Source: Caldilineaceae bacterium
GTDB lineage: Bacteria > Chloroflexota > Anaerolineae > Caldilineales > Caldilineaceae
Length of the DNA stretch: 64,000 nt
Assembly: GCA_046328715.1 (NCBI GenBank)
Contig: JAXLWB010000053.1
Coordinates: forward strand, 1-64,000
Reading direction: 5' to 3'
The position numbers were made by a program, and so were the translations under genes. Positions 38,039 through 49,048 of the stretch are shown here, in pieces. Each line of letters opens with the position of its first letter. Position 1 is the first letter of the stretch. The notes under the pieces were generated by a model, which ran no database searches, was not told the DNA's origin, and worked only from the letters and a program-made list of their open reading frames with translations.

Positions 38039-38872
38039 TCACCATTTTTCTACACCTACCAACTTCTTACCCAGCGCTGTTAACGCTGCGGTTTTGCCAA
38101 ACTTCTCTTCAAGCTGTCTTGGATCTCCCGGAAACGCCCGTTTATAATCGGGCGGCAGACGATTTTGCCACAATTCGATTCTGCGCTGACGTTGTGTTTC
38201 GTCTTCTTCATTGGCTGGTGACATCGTAATGTATTGCGCCAGACGCGGTCTGTCAGTGCGGTTACGACCGTTGCCATGTAGCAGCCCAACATGCCAAATG
38301 ACCAAATCACCCGCATTGGCGGCAATCGGTTGAACCTGCCGCTCGCCGATGTCGGGGTTATGCAGATTGGCTCCCGGCGCTTGGGCGGCGAGGATTTCGG
38401 GAATATGTCTGTGTGCTCCGGGGATGCACTGAAAGCCGCCTTGGTCGGCGCTGGTATCTGCCAAACAGAGTACCCCTTGTACGCGCAAGGGCAGCGGCTG
38501 TACGGTTGGGTCAACGTCCCAATGGATAAAGCCCAGGTGGTCCCAGTCTGGGCGCGCAGGCGGGTTCATGTTGACACGGTCCAGGCTGACCCACAGCTTC
38601 TCCGTGCCGAGAATTTCACAGAATGCCTCATAGAGGCGCGGGTTCTGGCGATTGTCCCACATCGACTGATGGTGATACATTTCGACCATGCCTGCACGGC
38701 TATGCCAGGCCGGTTTACGGTACCAGGTTTCTGGATTATTACGATCCATCTCCAGGAATTCCCAGATCGCATCGATGACTGCATCACAATTCTCCTTTGG
38801 CACCGCATTGCGCACGATAACGTAGCCATTTTCTTCCCAAAAGGCTCGATCGGTGGCATTTAGTACGGACAT
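38039..38872 (-). CDS. Phytanoyl-CoA dioxygenase (PhyH)-family Fe(II)/2-oxoglutarate oxygenase
   Basis: HxD…H iron triad candidates (IHWDVD … LLHGNGRN); AAAGGAG RBS before the ATG at 38872. Confidence 0.65.
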   Translation of the reverse strand: MSVLNATDRAFWEENGYVIVRNAVPKENCDAVIDAIWEFLEMDRNNPETWYRKPAWHSRAGMVEMYHHQSMWDNRQNPRLYEAFCEILGTEKLWVSLDRVNMNPPARPDWDHLGFIHWDVDPTVQPLPLRVQGVLCLADTSADQGGFQCIPGAHRHIPEILAAQAPGANLHNPDIGERQVQPIAANAGDLVIWHVGLLHGNGRNRTDRPRLAQYITMSPANEEDETQRQRRIELWQNRLPPDYKRAFPGDPRQLEEKFGKTAALTALGKKLVGVEKW

Positions 38873-38955
38873 GATAGTCTCCTTTCTACGCTCAAAATAC
38901 GAGCTACGAGTTCTCTGCCACTCGCCACTCGCAATATTCATCCTGGATTGTGCCT

Positions 38956-40206
38956 CTACCTCTTACGCACTGCCACATACCCCCAAAACAACAACGTCCC
39001 TGCCAATGTCAACATCGCCCCCGTAAAAAAGAGCGTTGAATAGCCCAACGAGGTAATCATATAGCCGCCCAGCAACGAAACAGCGGCAAAGCTGAAGCCA
39101 GCCGCCATTTCGCCCGCCCCGTTCATGCTACCGCGTAGGTGGGGTGGACAGTGCTCCATGATGTAGACCAAAAAGGCCGAATAACGCATCGGCGTGACGC
39201 TCCAGCAGAAGATATAGCCGAGGCCAGCGATCCACCAGACCGGCACAAAGGCAATAGGCATCAGCGCTGCGACGACAACCAGCGAGGCACCAATCGTGGT
39301 GCCTGCATTGCCAAAGCGACGGGAAAAATAGGGGACAGCCAGGGCTGCCGGCACACCCAACAATTTTGAGGTCGCCAAGATCCAGCCGATCCGCTCGGTC
39401 GAGACACCCAGTTTGGCATCCAAATAGACGTTGAAGAAGGTTGTTGCAGCCCCAACTCCACCCACTTGCAGAAAGCGAATCAACGACATTAGCACGATCA
39501 AGCCAAATACACCGGTTGCCACAACAGGAGCGCCTACATGTTCCTTGGCCTCTTCCACCTCCAGATGTGGACTCGTCTCCTGCATCGTCATGATCATGGC
39601 CAAGGCGCACAGGAGGACGATAGGCACCAGCCATAGGGTGAGCGCATAAGGGCCAGCCTCATTCAGCGTCTGTCGATTGAACCATGCCATGAGTTGCGGC
39701 AGATTGCCGCCCAGTGCGCTGCCGACAAAGCCAAAGATCGAGTAGAAGGCAGACTGGATCGAGAAGACTGCCGTCCGCATCTTGCTGTGTGAAAGGCTGA
39801 TCACGTACGGTGCTTGGTTGGCATAGTAGCTTGCCATGCCAGCCATCATGATCCCGTTGGCGACCATCATCCAGATGGCGTGCAAGGCATGGGGAAGCTG
39901 CTCTGTCAAAGGCATCATGGCTGCACCGATGATGATCAGGATCAAGCCCAATCGCATCATCTGACGCAAACTCCATCGTTCCCCAATCCGACCAGCGGGG
40001 AGGCAGGCCAGCGCAAAACAGATTTGCCCTACAAAGCCAACTTGGCCCACGACTTTGGGGTCAAAGCCCAGCCGCAGCATATAGAGATTGAGCATCACGC
40101 TCTGGATGCCACCATCAACCGTAATGGCGAAAAGGCCAGCATTGACCAACTGCCGGCGGACACTTGGATGAAATTCGTTCCAGTGTGACTGGAGCGTTGT
40201 AAGCAT
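38956..40206 (-). CDS. MFS transporter
   Basis: 12 predicted TM helices; G-rich loop 2-3 motif (GRIGERW). Confidence 0.8.
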   Translation of the reverse strand: MLTTLQSHWNEFHPSVRRQLVNAGLFAITVDGGIQSVMLNLYMLRLGFDPKVVGQVGFVGQICFALACLPAGRIGERWSLRQMMRLGLILIIIGAAMMPLTEQLPHALHAIWMMVANGIMMAGMASYYANQAPYVISLSHSKMRTAVFSIQSAFYSIFGFVGSALGGNLPQLMAWFNRQTLNEAGPYALTLWLVPIVLLCALAMIMTMQETSPHLEVEEAKEHVGAPVVATGVFGLIVLMSLIRFLQVGGVGAATTFFNVYLDAKLGVSTERIGWILATSKLLGVPAALAVPYFSRRFGNAGTTIGASLVVVAALMPIAFVPVWWIAGLGYIFCWSVTPMRYSAFLVYIMEHCPPHLRGSMNGAGEMAAGFSFAAVSLLGGYMITSLGYSTLFFTGAMLTLAGTLLFWGYVAVRKR

Positions 40207-40323
40207 AAAATTCTTTCTGAAAGTGTATAAGACTTACACAAGACGAGGAAAATACAAGATTTCTCCTCGAAAAAAGCGTTCGTCGAAATAAAGTCTTGCA
40301 TGAGTCTTACGTGTGGTTGAATG

Positions 40324-41592
40324 TTACTCCAGCCGACGGATACTCGGCGTGCGGACGAGAATCCAGGCCGAAAAGACAAAGGTGCACAGCGCACACAAGC
40401 CAATTGCAACGCTCAGTCCGATCTTTTCTGCCAGCCAACCTGTACCCAGGCTACCAAAGGGCGTGAACCCAAAGAAGGTGATCGTATACAAACTCAGGAC
40501 ACGGCCTCGCATACTATCTTCGATTTCGGTTTGGAGCAGCGTGTTGAGTAGAACATATTCACCAATGAACAGAGCGCCAAGTAGCGCCGCAAAGACCAAG
40601 GCCAGGGGTAACCAATGGTTGAAGGCAAACAAACCTAGCACAATCGGAAAGATCAGGGCGAGCGTGGTCAGGATTCGCCCACGCCCAAGGCTTTTGCCAG
40701 CTTGAGCAATAATGCTAACACTGATGATCGCACCGATGCCAATTGCTGTGTTCAACCAGCCATATTCTGCCGCACCTTGTTGCAACACTTTGTCTACATA
40801 GGCTGGCAATACAGCCAAATAAGCGATGCCGAAGAGGCTTAAAATGAGCGAGAGCAGAATCAATCCAGCTACGGTGGCATTGGCGCGGGTGTAGAGTAAC
40901 CCCTCGCGCATTTGCAGCCAGGGCGAAAAGTGACGCAAAGGCCGTTCATGCTTGGGCAATTTCATCCAGAGCAGGCTGCCAATCACGCTAAGAAAGGAAA
41001 CGCCATTCAGCAAAAAGCACCAAGCTGCTCCGAGTGCGATCAGCAGCCAACCACCAAAGGCTGGGCCGATCACACGTGCTAGGTTAAAGGTGATCGAATT
41101 GAGCGCAATAGCGTTTGGCAAATCTTCCTTGCCCACCATTTCCACCACAAACGCCTGACGTGCTGGCCCATCGAGCGCGTTGACAAAGCCGACGAAGACA
41201 GCGATGACGATCACATGCCACACCTGTACGACTCCAGCAAAGGTAAGCGCTGCCAAAACGAAGGCAAGGATCATGGCACCAGTCTGTGTGGCGACGAGAA
41301 TGTTGCGACGCGAGAAGCGATCCACGATCACGCCGCCCCAAAGCGACAACAGAAGCGCAGGGATGGCAGAGGCAAATTCTACAACGCCGAGTGTAAATTC
41401 GGAACGGCTGAGCTGATAGACAAGCCAGCCCTGCGCAACTCGTTGCATCCAGGTGCCAGCCAAGGAAACGAGCTGTCCACTCAGGTAAAGTTGAAAGTTC
41501 CGATGGCGTAACGATGAAAATGCGCTGAACCGGCCCGCAGTGGGTTGCGTTGCAGAAATTGTCTGATTACCAGACGTCGAGGATTGCGACAT
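40324..41592 (-). CDS. MFS transporter (EntS/MFS_3-like exporter)
   Basis: 12 TMs; DRFSRRNIL loop motif typical of the MFS_3/enterobactin-exporter-like subfamily. Confidence 0.75.
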   Translation of the reverse strand: MSQSSTSGNQTISATQPTAGRFSAFSSLRHRNFQLYLSGQLVSLAGTWMQRVAQGWLVYQLSRSEFTLGVVEFASAIPALLLSLWGGVIVDRFSRRNILVATQTGAMILAFVLAALTFAGVVQVWHVIVIAVFVGFVNALDGPARQAFVVEMVGKEDLPNAIALNSITFNLARVIGPAFGGWLLIALGAAWCFLLNGVSFLSVIGSLLWMKLPKHERPLRHFSPWLQMREGLLYTRANATVAGLILLSLILSLFGIAYLAVLPAYVDKVLQQGAAEYGWLNTAIGIGAIISVSIIAQAGKSLGRGRILTTLALIFPIVLGLFAFNHWLPLALVFAALLGALFIGEYVLLNTLLQTEIEDSMRGRVLSLYTITFFGFTPFGSLGTGWLAEKIGLSVAIGLCALCTFVFSAWILVRTPSIRRLE

Positions 41593-41981
41593 GAAGGTTA
41601 CTTATTCTTTCTGAAGCGTGTTTGACCCGCTTTGAACGGGCTAAAACGCCCCGAATATGTACACCTGACGGATTGGGCAGGAGAACGCTGCGCAATGGCA
41701 GGCGTTCAGTTGTTTCCTACATCGGCAACCGTGGCCAAGTGGGTAAATGGTTCTAAAAATGGTATACGGGCTATTATACTGTGAACTCTATCATTCAGAC
41801 ACAATAGTGAGTGGCTCTGTTCACCGCTGTGACAGGACAGATTTAGGTTAAGAATTTTTAAGAAAAATATCGCTGATCGTAAACAAATTGTAATAAAGGA
41901 CGGTTCCGTTTAGTGACTAAATCTGCTACGATGAAGTCGTAAGTTTAACTTTGAGTCGTAATTCAATTCAACAAAGGTGTA

Positions 41982-42560
41982 GTGATGAATCCCCAACGCT
42001 TTTGTGATCAAGACGCTATCGATGAAGTGCGTTCCTCAGTAGCTGCGATTCGCTCACTAGCTTATGATGCATTACATGAGCAGGGAGAAATTCAACCGCA
42101 ACCAGCGATTAGGGACCATTTTTACACGATTCTGGCCCACACAAACCGTATCTTTGCTCTGTTGGGAGAAGCTGTCTCTGCGCCTGCGTTCAGAAAATCT
42201 ACTGCGGCGAGGCTACCCAATCCTCCACCCACCTACAGGGTGATGGATGATGTAGTTCGCTACGAAGGGGCATCAACCGACACTGCGATGGTACTTGCTC
42301 GCCCCTCACTCATCCAGTTGGTCACGGAAACGGTACCCGCAGTTGACTTGGACAATCGCCATCAACTGATGCGTGCCATTTTTGAGATGGTCGAACGTTC
42401 GGAGCGAATTGAACACGAATCATCGACAACAGCGCTTCAAACACAAAACCGAGTGGCTCCACCTCCCGTGACTGTGGTTGATTTGCCCAGCTCCAGAGAT
42501 GCTCGCGGTCTGCGCGATTTGTTTTTGTCCCGTAGACGAAGCATAGAACAAGAGTTATGA
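41982..42560 (+). CDS. Hypothetical protein
   Basis: ORF with coding-like composition; no recognisable motif. Confidence 0.4.
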   Translation: MMNPQRFCDQDAIDEVRSSVAAIRSLAYDALHEQGEIQPQPAIRDHFYTILAHTNRIFALLGEAVSAPAFRKSTAARLPNPPPTYRVMDDVVRYEGASTDTAMVLARPSLIQLVTETVPAVDLDNRHQLMRAIFEMVERSERIEHESSTTALQTQNRVAPPPVTVVDLPSSRDARGLRDLFLSRRRSIEQEL

Positions 42561-42811
42561 GGCGGTGAACTGCGAGACTCACAAGACCATTGATTTCAAC
42601 ATCTCCACATTTCGGTCAAATCCATCAATGAATTTGCGAGTTTCCAATTCTGTAGTTTTCATTTGCCGCACTGAGCCGTAAAGCACCGATTGCGTGTGTT
42701 ACCTTCAGTGAAGTCTGTCGAGAAACAAGCCCGCACAACATCAAGCTAAGTGACAGCTCCCAATCGCTTTCTTTGGGCCAGGTGCGGCACTACCACGGAT
42801 TAGACCGAACT

Positions 42812-43255
42812 ATGAAGCCAAGAATTCTTATTGTAGATGACGAACCTGACATTGTGCGCTTGCTGCAAATGAAGTTGCAGCACTGCGGCTATGATGTGAT
42901 CACTGCTTACGATGGACTGAGTGCAGTCGCCAAGGCGATTGAATTCCGCCCCGACGCAGTCTTAATGGATGTGATGATCTCGGACCTAGACGGCTTTGCT
43001 GCGATGATCCGGATCAAACGTGAACTAAATCCGGCACCGATTGTCTTTATGCTGACTGCGCTGGACACTTTTGACGACATGCACTACGCGCTTCAAAATG
43101 GTGCTGACGACTACGTGACCAAGCCATTCTCGCCGCGCGAGCTGATTTCCCGGCTCAATGTGGCATTGATCAAAGCCGGCAAAACTCCACCGCTGAACAA
43201 CCTGTTGACCACCTTGCGCCCGCAGCCGACATTCCAATTGGCAGGTGCAGTATAG
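42812..43255 (+). CDS. Single-domain response regulator (CheY-like receiver)
   Basis: ILIVDDEPD…D(59-like)VMISDLDG…LTA…K; start at the internal ATG (MKPRILIV). Confidence 0.85.
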   Translation: MKPRILIVDDEPDIVRLLQMKLQHCGYDVITAYDGLSAVAKAIEFRPDAVLMDVMISDLDGFAAMIRIKRELNPAPIVFMLTALDTFDDMHYALQNGADDYVTKPFSPRELISRLNVALIKAGKTPPLNNLLTTLRPQPTFQLAGAV

Positions 43256-43350
43256 AGTACCGCATGGCGATTTGCTTGATGCCGTGCGGGGTATAGCAAA
43301 AGTTGCTTAACCCCTCCCCTCTCGCTTACAATCAATTTATACATCATATC

Positions 43351-43386
43351 AATGCTCGGCATCAGAATGACGCCGAGCATTTTGTT
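43351..43386 (+). terminator. Rho-independent terminator
   Basis: aatgctcggc-atcagaatgac-gccgagcatttt. Confidence 0.7.
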
Positions 43387-43534
43387 GTCAGAAACTGGCT
43401 GAGAAGGACACATGGGTTGTTTGCAGAAGAGCCACTGGGTCGATCAGTGCCATTTTCGTTTGTTGCCCAATAGTTTAGCATAAAGCTGAGCTGTCGGCTT
43501 TTCAGATGGTTTCTTTGAGGTTTTAGGAAAATTT

Positions 43535-45403
43535 ATGACTGCAGTACTTGAAATGAAACAAACGGCGGTTGCGTCCAAAACGCGACCACCGATTCGCAAT
43601 ATTGCCATTATTGCTCATGTCGATCACGGCAAGACGACCTTGGTTGATGGCATGTTAAAACAGACCAACGTCTTTCGCTCCAACCAACAGGTGCAGGAGC
43701 GCGTACTCGACTCCAACGACCTGGAGAGGGAACGTGGCATTACCATCTTGGCCAAGAACACGGGCATCGTTTACAACGGTGTCACCATTAATATTGTCGA
43801 TACACCCGGCCATGCCGATTTCGGCGGCGAAGTCGAACGTGTGATGAATATGGTCGATGGCGTGCTGCTGGTTGTTGACGCGGTAGAAGGTCCCATGCCG
43901 CAGACTCGTTTCGTCTTGCGCCAGGCACTGAACAAGGGTTTGAAGGCGATTGTGGTTGTCAATAAGGTCGATCGCCCTGCCTCGCGTCCCGATTACGCAG
44001 TGAACGCCACCTTCGATCTCTTTATCGATCTCGGTGCAGAAGATCATCAGGCTGACTTCCCGGTCATCTATACGATTGGCCTCGAAGGACGGGCTGGCTA
44101 CGCACCGGACAAGCTGCAAAACGACCTCCGTCCGCTCTTTGATACGATCATCAGCCATATTCCTGCGCCGGAATCAAATGTCGATGCCCCGACGCAGATG
44201 TTGGTGAGCACACTGGAATATAGCTCCTACGTGGGGAAGATCGCGATTGGACGCCTGCAGAATGGTACGATCCGGGAGGGTCAGACGATCGCTCACATCA
44301 GTGCCGACGGCGAGGCCAAAATGGCGAAGGTGACCAAGGTCTACTCGTTCCGCGATTTGCAGCGGAAGGAAGAGGAGATTGTTCACGCTGGCAACATTGT
44401 GGCCGTGGCGGGCATCGAAAATGTGGGGATCGGCGACACCTTAGCCGATCCGCTCAATCCGATGGCATTACCGCCCATCAAGGTTGAGGAGCCGACGGTT
44501 CGCATGACCTTTGGTGTCAACGATAGCCCCTTTGCTGGACGTGAAGGGAAATATCTCACCAGCCGCCAGGTTCGTGCTCGGTTGATGTCAGAATTGGAAC
44601 GCAATGTCTCATTGCGTGTTCAAGAAACGGATCTTGCCAGCGAGTTTTTGGTCTCGGGGCGTGGTGAATTACACCTGGCGATTCTGATCGAAACCATGCG
44701 CCGCGAAGGGTACGAATTTGCGGTCAGCTCGCCCGAAGTCATCTTCCACGAAGAGAACGGCCAAACCCTCGAACCGATGGAAGATATTTTCCTCGAAGTT
44801 CATCAGGATTATTTCGGTGCTGTCTCCGAAATGTTGGGCAAACGCCGCGCACAGATGGTGAACATCCGCTACGGTGAGGATGGTACGGTCTACGCCGAGT
44901 ATATTGCGCCAACTCGTGGATTATTGGGTTTCCGTCAACCATTCCTGACTGCAACTCGTGGCACCGGCATCTTCAACACGCTCTTCCACGGCTATGCGCC
45001 GTACAGCGGCGAGATCGACACATCCGAAACGGCGAAACTGGTTGCCTTGGAGACCGGTTTTGTTACCGCCTATGCGTTGACCAAACTACAGCAGCGTGGT
45101 GAATTCATTGTCAGACCCGGCGACGAGGTCTATGCTGGACAGGTGGTTGGGAAACATATCCGCCCGGAAGAATTGGTTGTAAACGTGGTGATGGCCAAAG
45201 AGTTGACCAACTTCCGTGAAAAGCCTTCTGCCACCAGCGATATGTTGATACCACCCCGTCAGCTTTCACTCGACGATGCGATACAATATCTCGACAAGGG
45301 CGATCTGCTCGAAGTAACTCCCGAATCGCTGCGCATCCGCAAGAAGATTCTGGACCACAACATCCGTCAGCGCCAACTCAAACGGGCCAAGATGGAGGAA
45401 TAG
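43535..45403 (+). CDS. typA: Translational GTPase TypA/BipA
   Basis: G1 [10 protein letters not shown]3 DTPGHADF, G4 NKVD; EF-G-like domain order; about 620 aa with the BipA-specific C-terminus. Confidence 0.93.
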   Translation: MTAVLEMKQTAVASKTRPPIRNIAIIAHVDHGKTTLVDGMLKQTNVFRSNQQVQERVLDSNDLERERGITILAKNTGIVYNGVTINIVDTPGHADFGGEVERVMNMVDGVLLVVDAVEGPMPQTRFVLRQALNKGLKAIVVVNKVDRPASRPDYAVNATFDLFIDLGAEDHQADFPVIYTIGLEGRAGYAPDKLQNDLRPLFDTIISHIPAPESNVDAPTQMLVSTLEYSSYVGKIAIGRLQNGTIREGQTIAHISADGEAKMAKVTKVYSFRDLQRKEEEIVHAGNIVAVAGIENVGIGDTLADPLNPMALPPIKVEEPTVRMTFGVNDSPFAGREGKYLTSRQVRARLMSELERNVSLRVQETDLASEFLVSGRGELHLAILIETMRREGYEFAVSSPEVIFHEENGQTLEPMEDIFLEVHQDYFGAVSEMLGKRRAQMVNIRYGEDGTVYAEYIAPTRGLLGFRQPFLTATRGTGIFNTLFHGYAPYSGEIDTSETAKLVALETGFVTAYALTKLQQRGEFIVRPGDEVYAGQVVGKHIRPEELVVNVVMAKELTNFREKPSATSDMLIPPRQLSLDDAIQYLDKGDLLEVTPESLRIRKKILDHNIRQRQLKRAKMEE

Positions 45404-45466
45404 ATAAGAGTTGAAAACGGTGAAGAGTGGAAGAGTACTATTTAACTCTTTCACTCTTCACCTTAT

Positions 45467-46705
45467 TTACTTCCCTGCTACCACTTCCTGCCACAATTTA
45501 CTGTACTGCACAGCAAAATCGCCTACATCCAACAAGCGCTTCGCCTCAGAGACGACGGTGAAGGGCGGATTACTGATTTCAGAATTGATATACTCGTTGT
45601 AGACATCGCTGACATTTTGGCGGGCAAAGTTGATGGCTGCGTTATTGGTAAGGGTAGCCGGTTGGTCTCGCAAGAAACGCCACGCCACATCCTCTTGATT
45701 GACATAGTTCAGCCAGGCATAGGCCGCATCCATATCAGGAGCATCGGCGGCAATGGCTGCAAAGCTCTGGTAATAGATGGCCCCTTCCTCTGGATAGAGA
45801 AATTCAACTGTAGGATTGCTCCGTTTGGCCAACGCTGCAGCGCTGCTCGTCATCAAGGCAATATTCACAGCTCCTTGATTTAACGCCTCACCCAATCTAC
45901 CTGCTTCAAGTTTCGCACCTGCCTTGAGTAGGTTCTTCAGTGGCTCACGTGCGCTCTCCACGCTGCTTTTCTCTTTGCTGTTCGGGTCGATTGACAGCAT
46001 GTTCAGGGCGATCCCGATCATCAAACGGTCATTGTTGGGGATGCTCAGATGAGCTGCGAGCTTCGCTGCCCACAATTCGTTCCAACTCTTAAGCGGCGAC
46101 TTGACTGCATTGCGATTGACTGCAATACCGAACAATTCGGCCTGTTGAGGCACCACATATTGATTTGTGGGATCGATCTGCTGGCTAAGAAAGCTTGGGT
46201 TGATGTTGCCAAGAATCTTCAGCCGATTTTGGTCCAGTGCCGCAAAGCGTTTCTTGACGATCAGACTTTCGAGGAAGAAATCTGCCCCGACGATCACGTC
46301 TACACCTGTGCCCTTGCTCTCTATCTGGGTTAAGAAATCATCGACTGTAGCATGTTCGAGCAGTGTCACCTTGGTGCCTACCATCGATTCAAAGCAGTCG
46401 ATGATTGACGTCGGGATCGCCTTGCCCCAGGTGCTAATGATGAGCTTAGGCGGGACAGGCGAAACCGCCTGCTGTGGAGGCGGACAATCCGTGGGCGAGC
46501 TTGTACTCGTGGCAGGAGCCGCAGTTGGTGGCTCAGTGACCGCCAGTGGTGCCTTGACCACTTCAGCTCCAGGATTAGTTGCAACCGGCTTGCTCGGCGT
46601 CGATCCAAACCAGTGATTTGCTAGTAGCCCCAAAACGACCAGATCGATGATGGTAAGAACGACGATTAAGCCGCGGACAAAGGCTTTGCGGGCTTTATTT
46701 TCCAT
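45467..46705 (-). CDS. Membrane-anchored ABC-transporter substrate-binding protein, PotD/PotF (polyamine)-like
   Basis: N-terminal TM anchor; PT-rich linker; family-1 solute-binding protein features (…WNELW…, …YPEEGAIYY…). Confidence 0.65.
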   Translation of the reverse strand: MENKARKAFVRGLIVVLTIIDLVVLGLLANHWFGSTPSKPVATNPGAEVVKAPLAVTEPPTAAPATSTSSPTDCPPPQQAVSPVPPKLIISTWGKAIPTSIIDCFESMVGTKVTLLEHATVDDFLTQIESKGTGVDVIVGADFFLESLIVKKRFAALDQNRLKILGNINPSFLSQQIDPTNQYVVPQQAELFGIAVNRNAVKSPLKSWNELWAAKLAAHLSIPNNDRLMIGIALNMLSIDPNSKEKSSVESAREPLKNLLKAGAKLEAGRLGEALNQGAVNIALMTSSAAALAKRSNPTVEFLYPEEGAIYYQSFAAIAADAPDMDAAYAWLNYVNQEDVAWRFLRDQPATLTNNAAINFARQNVSDVYNEYINSEISNPPFTVVSEAKRLLDVGDFAVQYSKLWQEVVAGK

Positions 46706-46717
46706 ACTGCTTCCTTC

Positions 46718-48076
46718 TCAACCTTCGATAAGCGTCATGATTGCACTGCGGAAAACTGTACTGTGCTGGTCAATATCCTCAGGTTGCGTGGTTTGCGCCA
46801 TCAGTGCCATATTGTGAAAAGGCGTCATCAAGATACCACGATTGAGCGTGTAGAGATGCAAATAGCGATCGAGATCAGGATCGCCTGCGGCTGCCGATTC
46901 GCCTCCGTTGCGTGGCGCTTTGGGGCAAAAACGATATTCGGCCCGACAGCCAAGCTGGGAAATTGACCAGGGCAGATCGAACTCGTCAATCACTGCTTGA
47001 ACACCCGCCGCAAAACGAGTGGCGAGCGGAATGGTTTTGGCAAAGGCCTCTTCGGTGAGAACGCTCTCGAGTGTGGCACGAATGGCTGCCAGCGACAACG
47101 CATTGCCAGCAAGGGTGCCACCGACGCCGCCCGTATCGACATAATCTGCCTCTGCGCTTTTGAACATGCGCTCGGCCACAGCCGCAGTTACCCCAAAGGC
47201 CGCAGCAGGCATGCCTCCACCAATCGACTTGCCGACCGTCAATAGGTCAGGACGCAATCTGTACTGTGCCGTGTAGCCGCCAGGGCTACAACTCAGCGTG
47301 TGGGTCTCATCGATAATCAACAGTGTGCCGGTGCGCTCGGTAAGTTGCCGCAACCCTTCGTGAAAACCCGGCTCAGGCAGGACAATGCCGATATTAGTCA
47401 GCGCCGGTTCGGTCAGGACACAGGCGACGTCTTCGTCCTCTAATGCGGCTTCCACGGCGGCGAGATCATTGAACTCGACCACTTTGGTCGTAACTGTTGG
47501 GTTGACAGGCGGTCCGACGTTGCCGGGTCGCGGACCTGCGCCTGTCGCCTGGAGTGTAATAAAGGTCTCATCCACCGAGCCGTGGTAACACCAGTTGAAG
47601 ACTAGGATCTTGGGTCGCTTCGTGATTTCGCGCGCGATCCGGATGGCAAAACGGTTGGCATCGCTGGCGGTTAAGGTAAACTGCCAATAGTCCAGACCAA
47701 ACCGACGCTGCAACTCCTGACCTACCCAAAGCGCATCCTCACGAGGAAGCATGGTCGTGATGCCTTGGGCAGCCTGCTTGGCAATTGCCTGTGCTGTTGC
47801 CGTGGGTGAATGTCCCGCCATCGCTCCTGTATCGCCCAGGCAGAAGTCGATATACTCGTGTTTATCCACATCGGTCAGCCGTGAGCCATGCGCCTCTTGA
47901 AAGAAGAGTGGAAAACCGCCCGCCCATTTCATCATCCAACTCATCGGCACACCACCCAGCAGCGACTGTTGCGCTGTTTGATAATGGGCCAGCGAGGTGG
48001 GGTGGAGCTGACGAAAGAGTTCGGCTTCCTGGGCAAGTAAATGCTGGAGTCGGGAACGGTTCAACGCAAATGCCAT
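46718..48076 (-). CDS. Class-III PLP aminotransferase, glutamate-1-semialdehyde aminomutase-like
   Basis: IIDETHT and PLP-Lys block TVGKSIGGGMP resemble HemL (GKIIGGGLP). Confidence 0.75.
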   Translation of the reverse strand: MAFALNRSRLQHLLAQEAELFRQLHPTSLAHYQTAQQSLLGGVPMSWMMKWAGGFPLFFQEAHGSRLTDVDKHEYIDFCLGDTGAMAGHSPTATAQAIAKQAAQGITTMLPREDALWVGQELQRRFGLDYWQFTLTASDANRFAIRIAREITKRPKILVFNWCYHGSVDETFITLQATGAGPRPGNVGPPVNPTVTTKVVEFNDLAAVEAALEDEDVACVLTEPALTNIGIVLPEPGFHEGLRQLTERTGTLLIIDETHTLSCSPGGYTAQYRLRPDLLTVGKSIGGGMPAAAFGVTAAVAERMFKSAEADYVDTGGVGGTLAGNALSLAAIRATLESVLTEEAFAKTIPLATRFAAGVQAVIDEFDLPWSISQLGCRAEYRFCPKAPRNGGESAAAGDPDLDRYLHLYTLNRGILMTPFHNMALMAQTTQPEDIDQHSTVFRSAIMTLIEG

Positions 48077-48882
48077 TAACTGTCGGCCTTTCTCAAACCG
48101 GAACCAGTACGGAAGCCACCTTTGGTCTTGGCCGTTGATGAGCTTCCAGACTTTGACGATAGACCCGAAGACGATTTGGGCTTGCTGGATCCGGACTGGG
48201 GTGTATCTTTGCTAGCTGGTGGCGGTGTACTGGGCTGGGTTGCTGGAGGTGGGGTCGATGACTTGGGTTCCAAGCCTGGCAGACCTGCGCTGCGCGACGG
48301 ACCAACTGGGCCACTGGGTTGACTGGGGGTGGAAGGCTGTTTTTGTGCAGGTTGTTGTGTTGGTGCAGGAATCGAAAAGGTGCCGCTGTTGCCTGCCCGT
48401 GTTTGAAGAGCAGCTTGCACGGCGGCGATGACCTGCTGTTCGCCCTCGCTGACCAGTTCACCGCCAAAGCCGAAGAAGCCACCTTCTTTTGCTGCTTTAG
48501 CCACGGTGTCTGCCACACTCAGGATGAGACTTTGAAACGCGCTAAGCTCACTGGGTGCATTTTGTGACAAGATCCCTGCTGCCTGGGTGCAGAGTTGAAC
48601 GGCCAGTGCTTTTAGCTTTTCTGCCGTTCCGTTGCTCGGATCGGACATGACAAGCTTTTGCAGATCCTCTTGCGCTGCTTGAATCTCTTCGGCAGTGCAG
48701 AGCTTTTGCACGAGTGGGCTGCGGCTTTGTGCATTGTCGAGCATGGCTTGACCGCCTGCCATCGTTTCCTTAATTGCGCCCAGAATTCCACCGCCTGCGC
48801 CAGCTACAGCCATACTCACGACTTGTGGCGCGCTGCGTACTACTGCCCATTCTTCAGCCGTAAAACTGAGAGGGGTCGCCAT
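48076..48882 (-). CDS. Conserved hypothetical protein (paralog A) with P/S/T/Q-rich C-terminal tail
   Basis: N-terminal about 160 aa are collinear with the 49049-49531 product (FxAEEWxVxRSxPxxVxMAxAGAGGGIxGAxKExM…); stop overlaps the aminotransferase start (TAATG). Confidence 0.55.
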   Translation of the reverse strand: MATPLSFTAEEWAVVRSAPQVVSMAVAGAGGGILGAIKETMAGGQAMLDNAQSRSPLVQKLCTAEEIQAAQEDLQKLVMSDPSNGTAEKLKALAVQLCTQAAGILSQNAPSELSAFQSLILSVADTVAKAAKEGGFFGFGGELVSEGEQQVIAAVQAALQTRAGNSGTFSIPAPTQQPAQKQPSTPSQPSGPVGPSRSAGLPGLEPKSSTPPPATQPSTPPPASKDTPQSGSSKPKSSSGLSSKSGSSSTAKTKGGFRTGSGLRKADS

Positions 48883-49048
48883 AAAGTTGTCTCCTGTTGG
48901 TCGTTGTTTGAAGAGTGATTAATGTATAGGATTTATTGTACAACAGGGGCACAGCGAGAAGAAGTCTCAAGCAATGTGAAGGGGAGATTTGCACAAACTA
49001 CCGAATGCAAGTTGAGGCTATACATCATAGCCTCAACTTACAAAATTT

